DNA of 64,000 nt from Yuukianura sp. NJ FZ-2021 (lineage: Eukaryota). The stretch spans positions 2,914,001 through 2,978,000 of the forward strand of contig CM102289.1 in NCBI GenBank assembly GCA_046563655.1, written 5' to 3'. Below the pieces are notes generated by a model. The model was not told the origin of the DNA. It was given only the letters and a program-made list of their open reading frames with translations, and ran no database searches. Positions 49,033 through 61,217 of this stretch are shown here, one piece after another. Within the stretch, counting starts at the first letter, position 1; each line of letters begins with the position of its first letter. Made by a program: the position numbers and the translations under genes.

Positions 49033-50126
49033 CTAGCCCAGCCTCCGCCCCTCCTGCAAATAAATCCATCTGTTTAAATCAGTTTACAACTGCCAACTAA
49101 CATCAGCGCAAGTGCAGGAGACACTACTTAGTGACTAACCTAATCTAGATTAGCCTAATTCAACTTTAACATAAATAAACTTAGCCTAATCCAACATTAA
49201 CTTAAATATAACAAAACTTTATTCGATGAGAAAATCGTAGAAAGTTGCCGTTTGCCGTAAAATTTGAATGTTGACCAAAAATGAACAAGTTTGTTTCGGA
49301 TTTGTGGGATTCGCGGCGCGAAAAAGTGAAAGCACGCGGATTCACGCTTCCAATCGTCATATGTGGACTTGAAAAAGTTGAGTTGCGGAGTTAATGGGTT
49401 TAAGAGCTGCCAAGGAACTCATGACAACTTCTGGCCTTAACTGGCCTCATCCAGAACCGATGCCGCGACAATGAAGTTTCTCCCTCTACATGTACTGTAC
49501 TGTAAAAACTGTAACAAGGAAATAAGTGAAAGTGGATTTTAAGCTTGAAACTTGAATGGAATCTTAATCCCATCATAACCATTTATGCCCCCTGTTTGTC
49601 ATTTCCCGCCGAAAACTTTCTCTTGGCCACTTGGCCGAAACCTAATTCTGGAATAATGTTTGTCTTTATAATCTGTTTCAGACTTCGGTTGCTGATCCGA
49701 GATGACGCCCCGCCCCCTTAAATTTACTTTCCCAGAAACCAACGCAAGCATAGGGAAAGTTGCATTCCAAATCCCATGAAAATGAAAGTGAGCAGACAAA
49801 TTAACACTGAGTTTATGGGGGAAAGGCGAAGGTTAGATTAGGTTGATAATCTAACGTTAGGCTAGAGTTGGGGGTGAGATTAGGTTAAAGACGTACCCTC
49901 TGTTGTCGTTGCAACCGTAGCATGAGGATGGCTCTGTTTTTGTCTTTACAGCGTTTGTTTTGAAACCAAACGCGGATGACCCTAGGTGAAAGTCCAGTCA
50001 TTTCTGCCAATTGTTCCTTCATAAGAGCATCAGGCCTTGGATTGTGATTGTAGGAGTTACGCAGGGTGTGAAGTTGTGTATCATTCAGCACGGTACGAAC
50101 GCGAGTCACTCCGGATTCAGAGGAAT
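49033..50126 (-). pseudogene. Islet/tailup-type homeobox fragment, copy 2 (exons 50126-49897, 49053-49033)
   Basis: [33 protein letters not shown]...[10 protein letters not shown]; in-frame 48-bp deletion relative to copy 1; next exon EGRRLG*. Confidence 0.7.
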
Positions 50127-53100
50127 CTACAATTAAAAAAAAGATAATGCTAGTTACAGTTTTACATAATTTGAAATTCTCTCGGATAAAAAATAATTAA
50201 GGTAAGCAAGGTAAAGGGACTTGGAGAGTGACAGTTTCGTGTCAAAGTGAAACTGAAAACAGGAATGTGTTTCTTTCTTCCTGGAATTTCCCTAATGGCA
50301 CCCACATTAAAGTTCAGTTTCAACACAAAAACTTTTGTAGAACATGTTTCGACTTTCACGTTTTTACGCTTTCTTGCTGCAAATGACGTAAAAGTTATTG
50401 AAAAAAAATTACGTAAAACGTACAACATTTGCCTATTTGTGAATGGGTTCAATTAATATTGTTTACTAACCTTAATTAGTTTTTTGTAGCAAATTTAATT
50501 AACAAGTTCTGCTTAGCTTAATTCCAGCTTTGCATTTAATTGGCCAGATTTTGACAAAAAAAACTTGGAACCAGATTTTCATTGTCTCCCGTAAACTCTG
50601 TGAATCTGGACATCTAAACAAAGGGCTTTTGGCATTTGGCGTTTAGTTGAATAGAGTTTGAGTGAAGCCCTTGACATGTGACTTTTGTGACCCGAAAATC
50701 TCAGTTCAGAGTTCGACAAAACATGTAAAGGTCAATGACCTCAGAAAAATTTTTTTGTCCGATAACTTCAACAGCAAACGCTAAACATTTTATTGTGAAC
50801 AAAAATTATGTGGTGGGCGGACATATCTAACCCGGCGAACGGATGACGTAATTTGTGAAACAACATTGTACTTTGTATACAGTCAGCCTCGCAAACTAAC
50901 TCTCTTTACTAATGACAAGCTAATCCGCATCCAAACTTCTATTTTTTTTTTAGTTTGTCTTAGTTTTTTTTTAAATCGCAGCCGCGAACACCCTGCTTCA
51001 GTTCGATTCTTCCAGGCGTTCGGAAACCTCCGTTTTCCGCTGCTCTTTTCTTGTTTTGTTGCTCTTTCGGTCAGAAGATGTTTATTTCTCTTTACCCCAT
51101 CTAACCTAATCTTATCTTCCTCCCTAATGCAGTTCCTTCTACATCATCTTCCCTCAAGGCCCGTGTGTGTGTTCCACACGTCCCTTAACTGAGGAAGGTG
51201 ACCCCTTAAGGGTACACTCTGACTCAGAAGCACAACCGACTCAGCTCCCTTGCTCTTTGTTCACTTTTAACCATAGAGTTTGTGTTAACGCCTAAGTTGA
51301 AGCTGAGCCAAGTCTTGGCAGAAGCAGACACGTAGGTCCTCGTCTCCTACAATCCTAACCTGAACAGGGTCCGTTATCTGTCCCTTGGATCAAAGTTGGA
51401 AGAGGGAAAGTCTCTTGTAATAACTCTTAATGACCCTAGACAGACAGGATCAGCGCAGACCCTTGAAACAAGGACAAGACAAAAGTGAATTGTCCATAGC
51501 TTCACAAAGTCTTCAAGATGAGCCTCCTTACAGAAAATCCTTCTGCTGGCATGGACATGGACGACAACGAGGTCGTCGACGGTAACAAAAGAAAAAACAG
51601 AGCCCTTCAATGTAAATTTCCGAGACCCTTGGAACGGCCAAGGACGTTTCTGGGATTCCATAAAATAGGGTTCGAAGGGCCTCGACTAATTGTTTTGTTT
51701 GCTTCTGCACAAAAATTTTGAAAAATGATTTTTGTTCAATAAATTCTTGAAACCAAAATTGGTTGAAGACGTCATTGTGGTGATTCCTATTGTGTGACAC
51801 ATTTCTACTTGTTTCTGCATATTCTCCATACTTTTCAAATGAAGAATACAATGTTTATGGTCCTCGGTCCCACCTGCATGCACCTTTACCAAAACAACTT
51901 TTGTGTAGCTTATTCCAATGTGTGAAAACTCAATCACTTTTCTAAGACGTTGTCTTGTCTTTTAAACAAAAGAACAAAAATACTAAAAGTTAAGTCCATT
52001 TCACACCTGGAATTGACCCAAATCCTTTCAACAAAGGCTATACGGATAAACTGACCTGTGACCTCTATGTCAAGAAAGAAACAAAGCAACACGGTTTTTG
52101 GTCCAACTTAAAATTTTGAATCTTGTAAATTCAGAAACTTAACGCGTAAAGCCGCAAAAAAATTGCGAATGTCATTTGAAAAAGCAAACCCAGAATTCCA
52201 AAAAACGCCGTAAAAAGTTTCAGAGATTAATTCATTTAAATTGAATTTGCTTTATGTTAGATGTTTCAGGGATGCAAAAGCAAAGAAATTTGTGATTTTT
52301 TGGTAATGTTAGGTTTTCCTTTTTTTTTCAACATTTTGTTCATCAAAATTGCTTCGACTGCATTCGTCAAAACCTAACTTTTTGTTAACTTAATATTGGA
52401 TTTCTCAACTTTAGATTAAAAATTTGACAATGAACTTGAAAACGTACTCAACGGCCGGTTTGTCATGTCGTCTCCCTTCGACGGTGAAATATTGACGATC
52501 GTTTCAAACAACTGTTTGGCGCCTTTCTGGAACAACTTTTCAAAACTTTAAAAAAATTAGCAAAGGGGCGAAGATGTATCGTGTACTCAGCCCTAAATGG
52601 CTTCTGATTCTGAATAATCCAAGTCAACAACTACTTCCCCAGTTGCTTTACAAATCCAACTGCAGCAGAATGCAGTTTCAATTTCGTCCAGCCAATTTTA
52701 AGCCTTTGGCGGTGGTTGTCAGACTGCTTTGGGATTTTGGGATGGAATTTTGTTGGAATCTTTTGTTGAGACTAGGTTACTGTGAAGCCAGCCCATGCCA
52801 AAAAAAAAGATAGTGTGAACGAGAGGGCTGGGACCCATGGCAGGAGGCTCCTACGAGGTCGAGTCGCCTCTAATCGGCAGGCAGGAACTCAAATCGAACC
52901 GTCGAATTCGGAAAAAGCTGTGCACAGAACCCCTGGCTTCCAAGTCCTTCCTTGGAAAAGCAAAGTAACGTAGGGAACATAGGCTAACTAGCTCCTCGGC
53001 AATACTTCGAACAACTTCTCCCGAAATGATCTGGAGATCTGAGCAGAACCGAAGAACTTATGGCCACTTCCGTCCCACCGTACAACACTACCTACTGATA

Positions 53101-53631
53101 ACATCCCGCATCTTCAACCTCGAACCAAAAAAGGAAAATCTGACCCCTACAGACAAACTTTCACCCTGGCAAATTCAATTCATTTTGTGCAGAAAAGGGA
53201 AAGGAATGCCTGGCTCCGAACTTTCTCATTCATTGCTCAATTTTTTGAAATTGAGAGAGGAATTTTTTAGAATTTGGCGGATATGTAGTGCCTTGCAAGC
53301 TTTCACCGATCTATGAAGAAACGTTGAAGGAGAAGTTCGAAATACAATTTATATTTTTTAAGAATAGATTTTTCAGCTTTGGGAATTAATATTTTTAAAT
53401 TACGCAACGCCAGAAGAGCCAAAACTTAAAATTAAGGAAACAACGTATTTTGAAAATGCTCGTTTTTAAAAACTGAACATTCTGGGAATATTCTGAACCT
53501 GTATAATTGCTGCTATAATTCTGGTTTTATTTTTTAGTCGAATTGTGTTTGCAGGTAACAATTGGTAAGATTGCACATTTTTTCAATTGTTCAGTGTAAC
53601 GCTGGAAGAAAATGGAAACGTCTGAAGTTGC

Positions 53632-54501
53632 TTAAGCTCCACTGTATTTGCAAGGCTAAAAGAAAAATATTGTTTTATATTTCTACAATTTGATGAAGAC
53701 TTTTTTTTTTCCGCAAGCTGCCCTTTCACTTACCATCTTTGGAACAAGTGCCCAAGTGCAATCACCGTATGATTTCGACATCTCGCATTTTGGATCGCTC
53801 AAATTAATGTTTTTGCCTTTGTTCAAAAAGTAACTCAGAATTAAACTTTTTGCCTAAGTTTTAAAAGAATTAAGCTCTAAGTTCTTCAAGATCAATAATT
53901 ACCGAATTTTTCATAACAGTCAGCTATGTGTTTTGTTGCAACTTGTTTATATTGTGCCGGGAAAACCTTATTGATCCATTCTCTGTAAATTTCCATTGAA
54001 GTGGATCCGTCTTCATTTAGCTATTGAAAGAATAGTAATTTCTTAGACACTGAATTTTGCATTAGTAAAAAAATCCGACTTTCTTTTTATACTTACGAGG
54101 CCCAATGCCCTTGCTTGACAAGCAAAATTGCACTGAAAACAATCAAAGTAAATCAATTTGAAATTATCCGAGGTTCAGCATTATATATAAAAAAGCTACT
54201 AAATTGCAGATGGGGCAACTCACTTGATTTTCTCCGCAGGCTTCTACATCCACGGTACGTTCAACATTTGGTGCGAAAACTCCGTCCGGTCGACATACAA
54301 GTGGCGTCCATTTCGTCTGAAATTTTAGAAAGAAAAGTCGCGCTTTAGAAATTTGGCAATTTTTGCACCTTAGAATTTAGTTGAGCAAAATTTTAAATGA
54401 GGTAGTTAAAGGAGCGTGACTGAATGTTCTACCTTGTCAGGAACAGCAAAAGCAGCGGCAATGCAAGCCAGAACCACAATGCTGACGAGTGCTGAGTTCA
54501 T
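53632..54501 (-). CDS. Odorant-binding-protein-like secreted protein C, 6 exons
   Basis: MNSALVSIVVLACIAAAFAVPDK/TKWTPLVC...EACGENQ/CNFACQARALGL/LNEDG...DCYEKF/GKN...KCEMSKSYGDCTWALVPKM/PCKYSGA*; same exon phases as A and B. Confidence 0.78.
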
Positions 54502-56058
54502 TTTCGTAAGAATTTGAAAACTGATTTTGACAAATTAACGTTTAGGGCAACGACGAAGTCAAGCGACTGCAGTTTTTGTTACACCTTTCTGGTTTATATA
54601 CTTTCCAAGTCAATTAGGTGCGCCTGAAATTTTATTTTAAAAAAAATTATGACTTTAATGTATTATAATTCCGACAAGCTTTAATCTGTTCAAAATGAAA
54701 AATAAACTAATTAGGGCTGTGGTTTAATGGGATTTTCTTCTTTCCAGAAAAAAAAGAACTTGTTTCGAGCATTTGTGTTGACCTTGAGCTCCAGAAAAAA
54801 ATTCTATTTTATACATTTGGCAGCAAATTAGTACTTCACAACAGAACCTGTCATGCTGCCTGTACAAACATAGTAAGTTTGAATTTACCGACTTATGAGA
54901 TTAGGTCGTACCTCAATTTGAAATTTGTTTCTTTGGAAAGAGTTCTTTGGAAAGGTGAGTTGTGACTCGCGAGTATTTAATGTTGGAAATTGGCTTCAGA
55001 TAGCTCTAACTAATTGAGTTGAGGGAAGAAATTCAAAAAACTGGCTGTTAGAAGTTACATTTTAAAAAAAAACGATATTTAAAGGGTTAGAAAACAATGA
55101 ATTTTGAGTAAGAGGAGTAACTTTTTACTTCTTTGGTGTTTTAAAAGTAACCCTTAAAAGTAAGGGGCCCTTATGAACGGAATTAAAAAATGAAGGGCAG
55201 CAAGGACAATGGCTAAGACAAAAAATGAAGTTCTTGAAAAAACTGAGAATTTTAAAATAGTAGGCCAATGGCCCTTACTTCTTGAGTAGCCAAACAAACT
55301 TACTGATTTAAAATATTTTTAACAAAACAACATTCTCAACCGAAAGGAACAAAGTTCTTCCATAAAATATCGAAGTTATGGACATAAGTAAACTAAAATA
55401 GTTTTTCGTACCTTAACCTGAAGTCAATATAGTTTGTTCGGATCCTATAATGCGAGAAGTCAATGGGTTAAATACACCCAAAGGCAAAAATAGACTGAAG
55501 TTAACTAATGCCCAAGTGTAACTTTTTCGTAACTTAAACTGCAATCATCATAGCTTAATTAAACATTGTCTGCGGTGCGGTATGTTCTTGATTAACTATA
55601 AATTTCGTTTAGTTGTAGTGTTCAAATTAAACGAAACTGGGTTTTCCGCATTAATTGCTGTAAGTTTACTTGATGCTTAATCTTGTCTTTCCTACACCAC
55701 GGACCGTGTGCCGTTAATTTATCTAGCATAAAGCAATCGCCTTGACAACGCGCTGTACTAAATTCGTCATTTTAAAAATTTAACTTTATTTGGTAACAAC
55801 GAACGTGCATTTTTGTACGTCAACCAACCGTAAGAACAAATCCAAAGATTACTTTGGCAAATTCTTCTTTTCCATTGTGGTTTACCTCATAACTAGTCTA
55901 ACCTTTCGTTTTTGTTCGGAGTGCCACGTATAATAGTCACCTCTACTCTGTGGCGATAAGATAGGTAATTCATAACATGAATTTCGTTAAGTGAAGTTGT
56001 CAAGTCAAGGTTAGCAGCGTTGGATAAGACAACGACAATGAAGAATTCTTAAGTAGTT

Positions 56059-57247
56059 ATGGTGGTGAAAGGTCAAAGCAGTAAAGACACGCCTTATCCA
56101 AAATTATACTGTTACACAAAATTAGTTTAACTTCTTCCAAATTTGAAAATATCAAACAAATAAACCAGTTTTGTTTTAAAAGATTTGATTTCTACATTTT
56201 AGGACGTAATTGGACTTGGACAAATTCCTCAAACGTTCGATTGATTTGTGTTGCTCTCGGGATGATTGCAATCACCTGTCCAATTATCCTGGTAAGTACT
56301 TGTCTGGTTGCCTGGCAACAAAATTTCCTATATCGCCATTAACAAATTCGGCTTGATTTTTAACGTGTGCTTTAAGAAAGACACTATAAAAAAGTACGAC
56401 TGATTTTTTTTTTTAGATTTTCGGATTTTGCGTGTCCAATGTGCTGAATTCCCCAGTGGACGACTGCTACCCAGCCATTAATCCAACAATGCCGCAGCAT
56501 ATTATTGGATATGGGTCTCTAATGAATAATAAGTCCAAGTTACGCACAGATTCCACGGCAGGTCCCTCCATTCCTGTCAGAATCCGCGGATTTCGTCGGA
56601 GGTGGGACTCGCAAGGTGACAGTACTGTCCAAAAGTCACCCACGACGTTTCTCGGTATGCAACGTGACCCTGCGTCATCTTTCAACGCAGTCAGTTTCAC
56701 TGTGTACCCCTCCAGGACAACGCCAAATCCCGTTGCAGCTTATGACTTTCGAGAAGACTGGTACTGTCGACAGAGGGTGGATTTAGATCAAATCGAATTT
56801 CTAGCAGTGCCAAATTCTGCAGAAGACAAGTCTACGCAAGGTGAATTCTGGATCTACGTAACAAGAAAGGAAAAGTCAAAGGTTCCAGATGAGCAGCATC
56901 CAATTCGTTTAAGTTACGTTGATACATTTCTGAGTGGGTGTCTGGAAGTGGAAGATCAATTTAAATTGAATGGATTTGCCGCCGAATGTGTCAAATCTAC
57001 TTATGATTGGGGAGATCATTGGCTCAGCAACCGTGAACCACTAGTCACTTCTCAGAATGGAAACACATCAATTGAAAATGAAGAAAAGACGCGGGAAAGA
57101 GTGGATGCGTTACTTCGTGATGGTATTCCTGGATATTCTGACATAAAATTTATTACCGCCAGCAGTACTGGAAGCATAATGTACTTTAACATGTTTGGGC
57201 ATTTGCTGTTCTTCTACAGTCTGACGATCTGCTTGTCAAAATACTAA
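56059..57247 (+). CDS. Gamma-glutamylcyclotransferase (GGCT/AIG2-like) fold protein with hydrophobic N- and C-termini; exons ~56059-56080, 56203-56291, 56417-57247
   Basis: IIGYGSLMN, VRIRGFRRRW, TFLG, YDFREDWY typical of GGCT-like fold; first exon assignment tentative. Confidence 0.75.
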
Positions 57248-58263
57248 ATTGGATGTGCAATGGCAATAGACGGATTTGATGACTAAAACTCTAGTTTTCT
57301 TTGTTAAATTGTTGATATAATTCAAACAAAAAATTGTTTTATCGTTCTTCATTTTTTCGGTGCCAAAATACGGAGTATACTCAAGTGTTAAAAGTTATTA
57401 TATCATCCTTTTTTCAAACTTTCAAAATCATGTTAATTCCTAGCCGAATGAATTGTGAAGTTATACATGGGCTAAAGTTTTCAGCCATGGAGAAGTAAAC
57501 TGAATTTTTATGTCGTACTAATTTTCAGACACTTAAATTTCTTCAACCCAAATTGTCACAAACTTGTTTTTTAATATGAGTAAATTTAGTGTTTGTAGAT
57601 TTTTCTACCATTTTTTGTCACGATTTTTAAGTTGGAAAAAGTTACGTTTAACATAAAAAAAAGGCGAGGTAAATTCATTTGAAAACCTGACAGAATATGT
57701 CTATAGAAAATATTCCAAAAGGATTTTTCATTTAATTTTTCACTATGAATTCCAGTGAAGGAAATGATGTTGCACTGAAACTTTTTTTTTGTGAGATTTA
57801 TGCTGAAATTATGATTGTACAATTTACGCACCACGCTTCAAAATTACTATTGTAAACAAAGCTATTGCAGAGAGGACTTGCGAATTCTGGAATAATTTTA
57901 CGTCAAGGTCAATACTTGAATGACAGAATGGCTGTTGAGCTAAGTGGTTTTCTATAGAACTTAGTCACTTTATAGAGCTTCTATCAGAGTGACGTGTTTC
58001 GCAATCACATAAGAATTTCGATCGAAGAGAAACAAAAAAAAAAGCACGGTAATTGTTTGTTATTCATAGTTGTAGTTTAACTTTGAAATAAGATAAATAT
58101 TCGAGAATCAAAATCTCCCAATACTTACTGCTAGAGGTGAAAGCAAGTAGGTGATTTCCGTATTTTTGCCAAATAGTCATTTTAGTTTCTAACACAGTAA
58201 AAAAAATTACAATCGTCAAACGTGAAGAAAAATCGTGTTGATTTTGTTGTAGTTTCAAGAGAC

Positions 58264-59112
58264 ATGCAGCAAAATAATATGCCAGGCGACATTCATGGCT
58301 ACACTAAAGAAAATTGGAACCAAATGGCTCATTTCTGGATTAAAAATCACGGTGACCATGGCAACGAATACCATCAACAACTCGTTTCTCCAACGGCCGA
58401 GAAATTACTCGATGTTCAATCCGGCCATGACAAAATTCTCGAAATTGCTTGCGGAAGCGGAGTTTTTGCTAAAAGATTGCACGAGCTTGGAGCAAAATCG
58501 GTTGTAGCCACGGATTTCAGTTCTGAATTTCTGGAAGAAGCAAAACAAAAATGCAAAGACCTCAAAAACATGGATTTTTTCCTGTTGGATGCAACAAATG
58601 AGGAGGCAATTTTAAACATGTTTGGATTAGAGCGTTTTGACAAAGCCGTATGCAATATGGGCATCATGGATATGAGCAGTATTGAGCCATTGTTCAATGG
58701 TTTGTTCAAAGTCCTGAAACCAGGCGGGACTTTTGTATTTACCATTTTGCATCCATGTTTCAACGGACTTGATCCCGTCTTTGGTGTGGAGAAGGTGGAT
58801 GATCCGTATACCTTCGAGAGAACTGACGTTTCGTATGTTAAAGTGACCAAATATTTAAACTGGGAACCGTGCTGGGGAAAAGGAATGCCGAATCAACCAA
58901 TGAAACAACTCTATTTCCATCGGCCACTCCATGAACTGTTTTCAGTGATTACTAAAGCGGGATTTGTAGTCGACGGATTTGAGGAACCTTTGATCAGTGA
59001 AGCCAAGCGAAACCTAGGTTTACAAAGGGGGAAAGTGGCTCTGTACTACTCTCGAGAATTTCCGTCGATTCTAGGAATACGCTGTAGAAAAAGTGAAACG
59101 ATTAGGCAATAA
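58264..59112 (+). CDS. Class I SAM-dependent methyltransferase, intronless, microbial-type
   Basis: Motif I ILEIACGSG, VVATDFS, FDKAVCNM, VLKPGGTFVFTILHPCF, YFHRPL...AGFVVDGFEEP. Confidence 0.9.
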   Translation: MQQNNMPGDIHGYTKENWNQMAHFWIKNHGDHGNEYHQQLVSPTAEKLLDVQSGHDKILEIACGSGVFAKRLHELGAKSVVATDFSSEFLEEAKQKCKDLKNMDFFLLDATNEEAILNMFGLERFDKAVCNMGIMDMSSIEPLFNGLFKVLKPGGTFVFTILHPCFNGLDPVFGVEKVDDPYTFERTDVSYVKVTKYLNWEPCWGKGMPNQPMKQLYFHRPLHELFSVITKAGFVVDGFEEPLISEAKRNLGLQRGKVALYYSREFPSILGIRCRKSETIRQ

Positions 59113-59223
59113 TATTTGATTTACAAGAAAAAAGTTGCAAAGTATTTGGCTTACAACTAAATTAAATAAATGTTATAAACCTATCTAATTAATATTCAAC
59201 TTTTTGCAGAGAAATGATGTAGA

Positions 59224-59484
59224 TAAGGTTTGTTGGCTTTGATTTCCTTTAACAGGTCGGGTAATATATAATATTTTTTTGATTTTGCAAAAAAAAAAAA
59301 AGTAACCTTTTCAGTGCATCGTAGTCATAAGAATAGAGCCGAACTTTTGCATACGAATTTGTACCATTTTTGGATTGGTACCTACTAAAATTGGTACCAA
59401 TTTTCTTTTTCGTTTTTTTCTCAACAAGAGAGGTAGTATCCAACCTGTTAAAGAAAATTCGGTTTTCGTTGTCAAGGGACCTTG
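59224..59484. mobile_element. MITE of the CAAGG...CCTTG family, intergenic
   Basis: Termini TAAGG / CCTTG, internal TTTAACAGGTCGG / CCAACCTGTTAAA inverted pair, degenerate 8-bp flank (GATGTAGA/GTTGTAGT). Confidence 0.55.
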
Positions 59485-59647
59485 GTTGTAGTCATCTTAT
59501 TCAATTTTTTTAGAACAATTTAGAGCATAGAATAACAACGCCAGCAAGATGCTGCTTTACAAGGAGTGCATTTAGGTGCATATTCAGTGTGATTGTGCGG
59601 TATCAAATTCAAATTTAAAACAAAATGGAGCTTAACTGCCAACATTT

Positions 59648-61217
59648 TCAAGAAGCTACCCTACAAAGAATCCATTTCGGTGAATCATTTTCACAGTCGT
59701 TGCAGTGCGATTGCGAAGGTTTATGAAACGGGTAATCTGTATAACCTTCTTTCTCGTGCGTGTAGAACGTATTAAAATCGGGAGGATTTAGCGGCAAGTT
59801 TTGAAAAAGCCGAAGTGGTAAGTCCGGATTTGCAAGAAAGTCTCTTCCTATTGCCAGCATATCTGCTTTGCCCTCTTCGATAATTTGAATAGCCTTGTCT
59901 CGGGATACCCGATTTATGTTGAGTATAAGTGGGCCGATCCATAACTTCTGTAGTTGCGCAATTCGGTCTTCATTGGACACAGAAGCTGTAGGACCGCAGT
60001 ACTCCGTAATATGAATGTACGCCAATTCCGGAAATTGACGACTCAGTGTTCGGAAGAGGTGCGAAAAAAGCGCAACCGGATCTGAGTCTTCCATAGAGTT
60101 GAAAGTTCCGAATGGATTGAACCGAATGCCGACTCGGGAAGTTCCAATGTTCTCCGAAATCCGTTGAATAATATCCAGTGCAAACTTGCATCGTTTTTCA
60201 ATTGTACCGCCATAACTGTCCGTTCTTTTGTTCACTCCGTCTCTAAGAAATTGATCTACAAGGTATCCGTTAGCCTATAAAGTAATTCAGAAATTAATAT
60301 GAAAAATTTATCAAAACTTTTTGTAGGAGTTAAATTTTTTATAATGAAGATGAAAATTTTGTTACCGCGTGAATTTCAATTCCGTCAAATCCGGCACGAA
60401 TCACAGCATTTTCGGCGGCCGTCACAAATTGTTCAACGATTCTTTGAACTTCATTTTCTTCCAGTGCTCTCGGAACGTCACTTTCCCGCCGTCCAATTGC
60501 GTCCATGTATCTTCCTCGAACTGGATCTTTCATTTTGACTGCACTGCTCGACACTGGCGACTTTCCGTTGAGAAGTGAAGAATGTACAGTTCTTCCTGCG
60601 TGCCACAACTGCATAAAAATCTTGCCACCATTTGCGTGGACCCTACAATCTCAATGGGAAGCATAATGTTTTAAAAGTCGGTTGATTTTTTGCAGCAAGG
60701 TTCGTCAACAAAAAGAAACCTTTTTCTACACCAGGTTGTGCAATAACTCGAAGTTTAAAATTTTGTTCGAAAGTGGAAAATCTGCCTTTCTTTGGTAATT
60801 TTTGCATGTAATCTAAATGGGATTGGTGCTAAATTCGTGCTAAAAGTTGTTTGAAGCAAAATTTTTGAAACCCCTGAGTTATTGAACAACCTGTTGTAGG
60901 AAATACAATTCAGTTATCAAGGAACCTTGTTTTGAAGTTAAGTTACCCTACCGTTCTACGATACGTCGCCATGCTTCGATTTGTTCTTCGCTGTAAATGC
61001 CAGGGGTGCCTTCAAATGGTGCTGCATCATCGTGAATACTGGTGGCTTCTGTGATGAGGAGTCCTTGACAAGTGGCTCTTTGAGAATAGTAGTCCCCTAC
61101 AATGTCCTTTGGCACTTGGTCTTCGGTGGCTCGACAGCGAGTAAGTGGGGCCAGTACCACCCGATGTGGCACTGTCACCTTCCCCACCGTCAGTGAAGTA
61201 AACAGTTTGTGAACCAT
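59648..61217 (-). CDS. Old Yellow Enzyme family FMN ene-reductase (NemA/OPR-like), 3 exons
   Basis: HRVVLAPLTRCRA, LITEAT, QLWHAGR, GFDGIEIHA/ANGYLVDQFL, NKRTDSYGG, GRDFLANPDL, GYTDYP. Confidence 0.95.
60696..60929. mobile_element. MITE of the CAAGG...CCTTG family, in OYE intron 1
   Basis: Termini CAAGGTTC / GAACCTTG, internal CAGGTTGTGCAATAACTC / GAGTTATTGAACAACCTG, 8-bp TSD TTTTGCAG/TTTTGAAG. Confidence 0.75.

Larger units (their letters stand above)
43807..53240. repeat. Tandem segmental duplication: unit 1 ~43807-47753, unit 2 ~47754-53240 (unit 2 has extra inserts at ~48310-48790 and ~50280-51130)
   Basis: Both units start AACTCTCATCGAGAAGATTCAA and share long colinear blocks to ...GGCTCCGAACTTTCTC. 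Confidence 0.92.

Noticed and set aside
55150..55290. Imperfect inverted repeat (CTTAAAAGTAAGGGGCC / GGCCCTTACTTCTTGAG)
   Set aside because: Too short and degenerate to call an element without genome-wide copies
58264..59112. Intronless bacterial-like methyltransferase as assembly contamination
   Set aside because: Base composition matches neighbours, flanks are AT-rich with a downstream AATAAA and a host MITE, and no operon context; integration is more likely though read-level confirmation is needed
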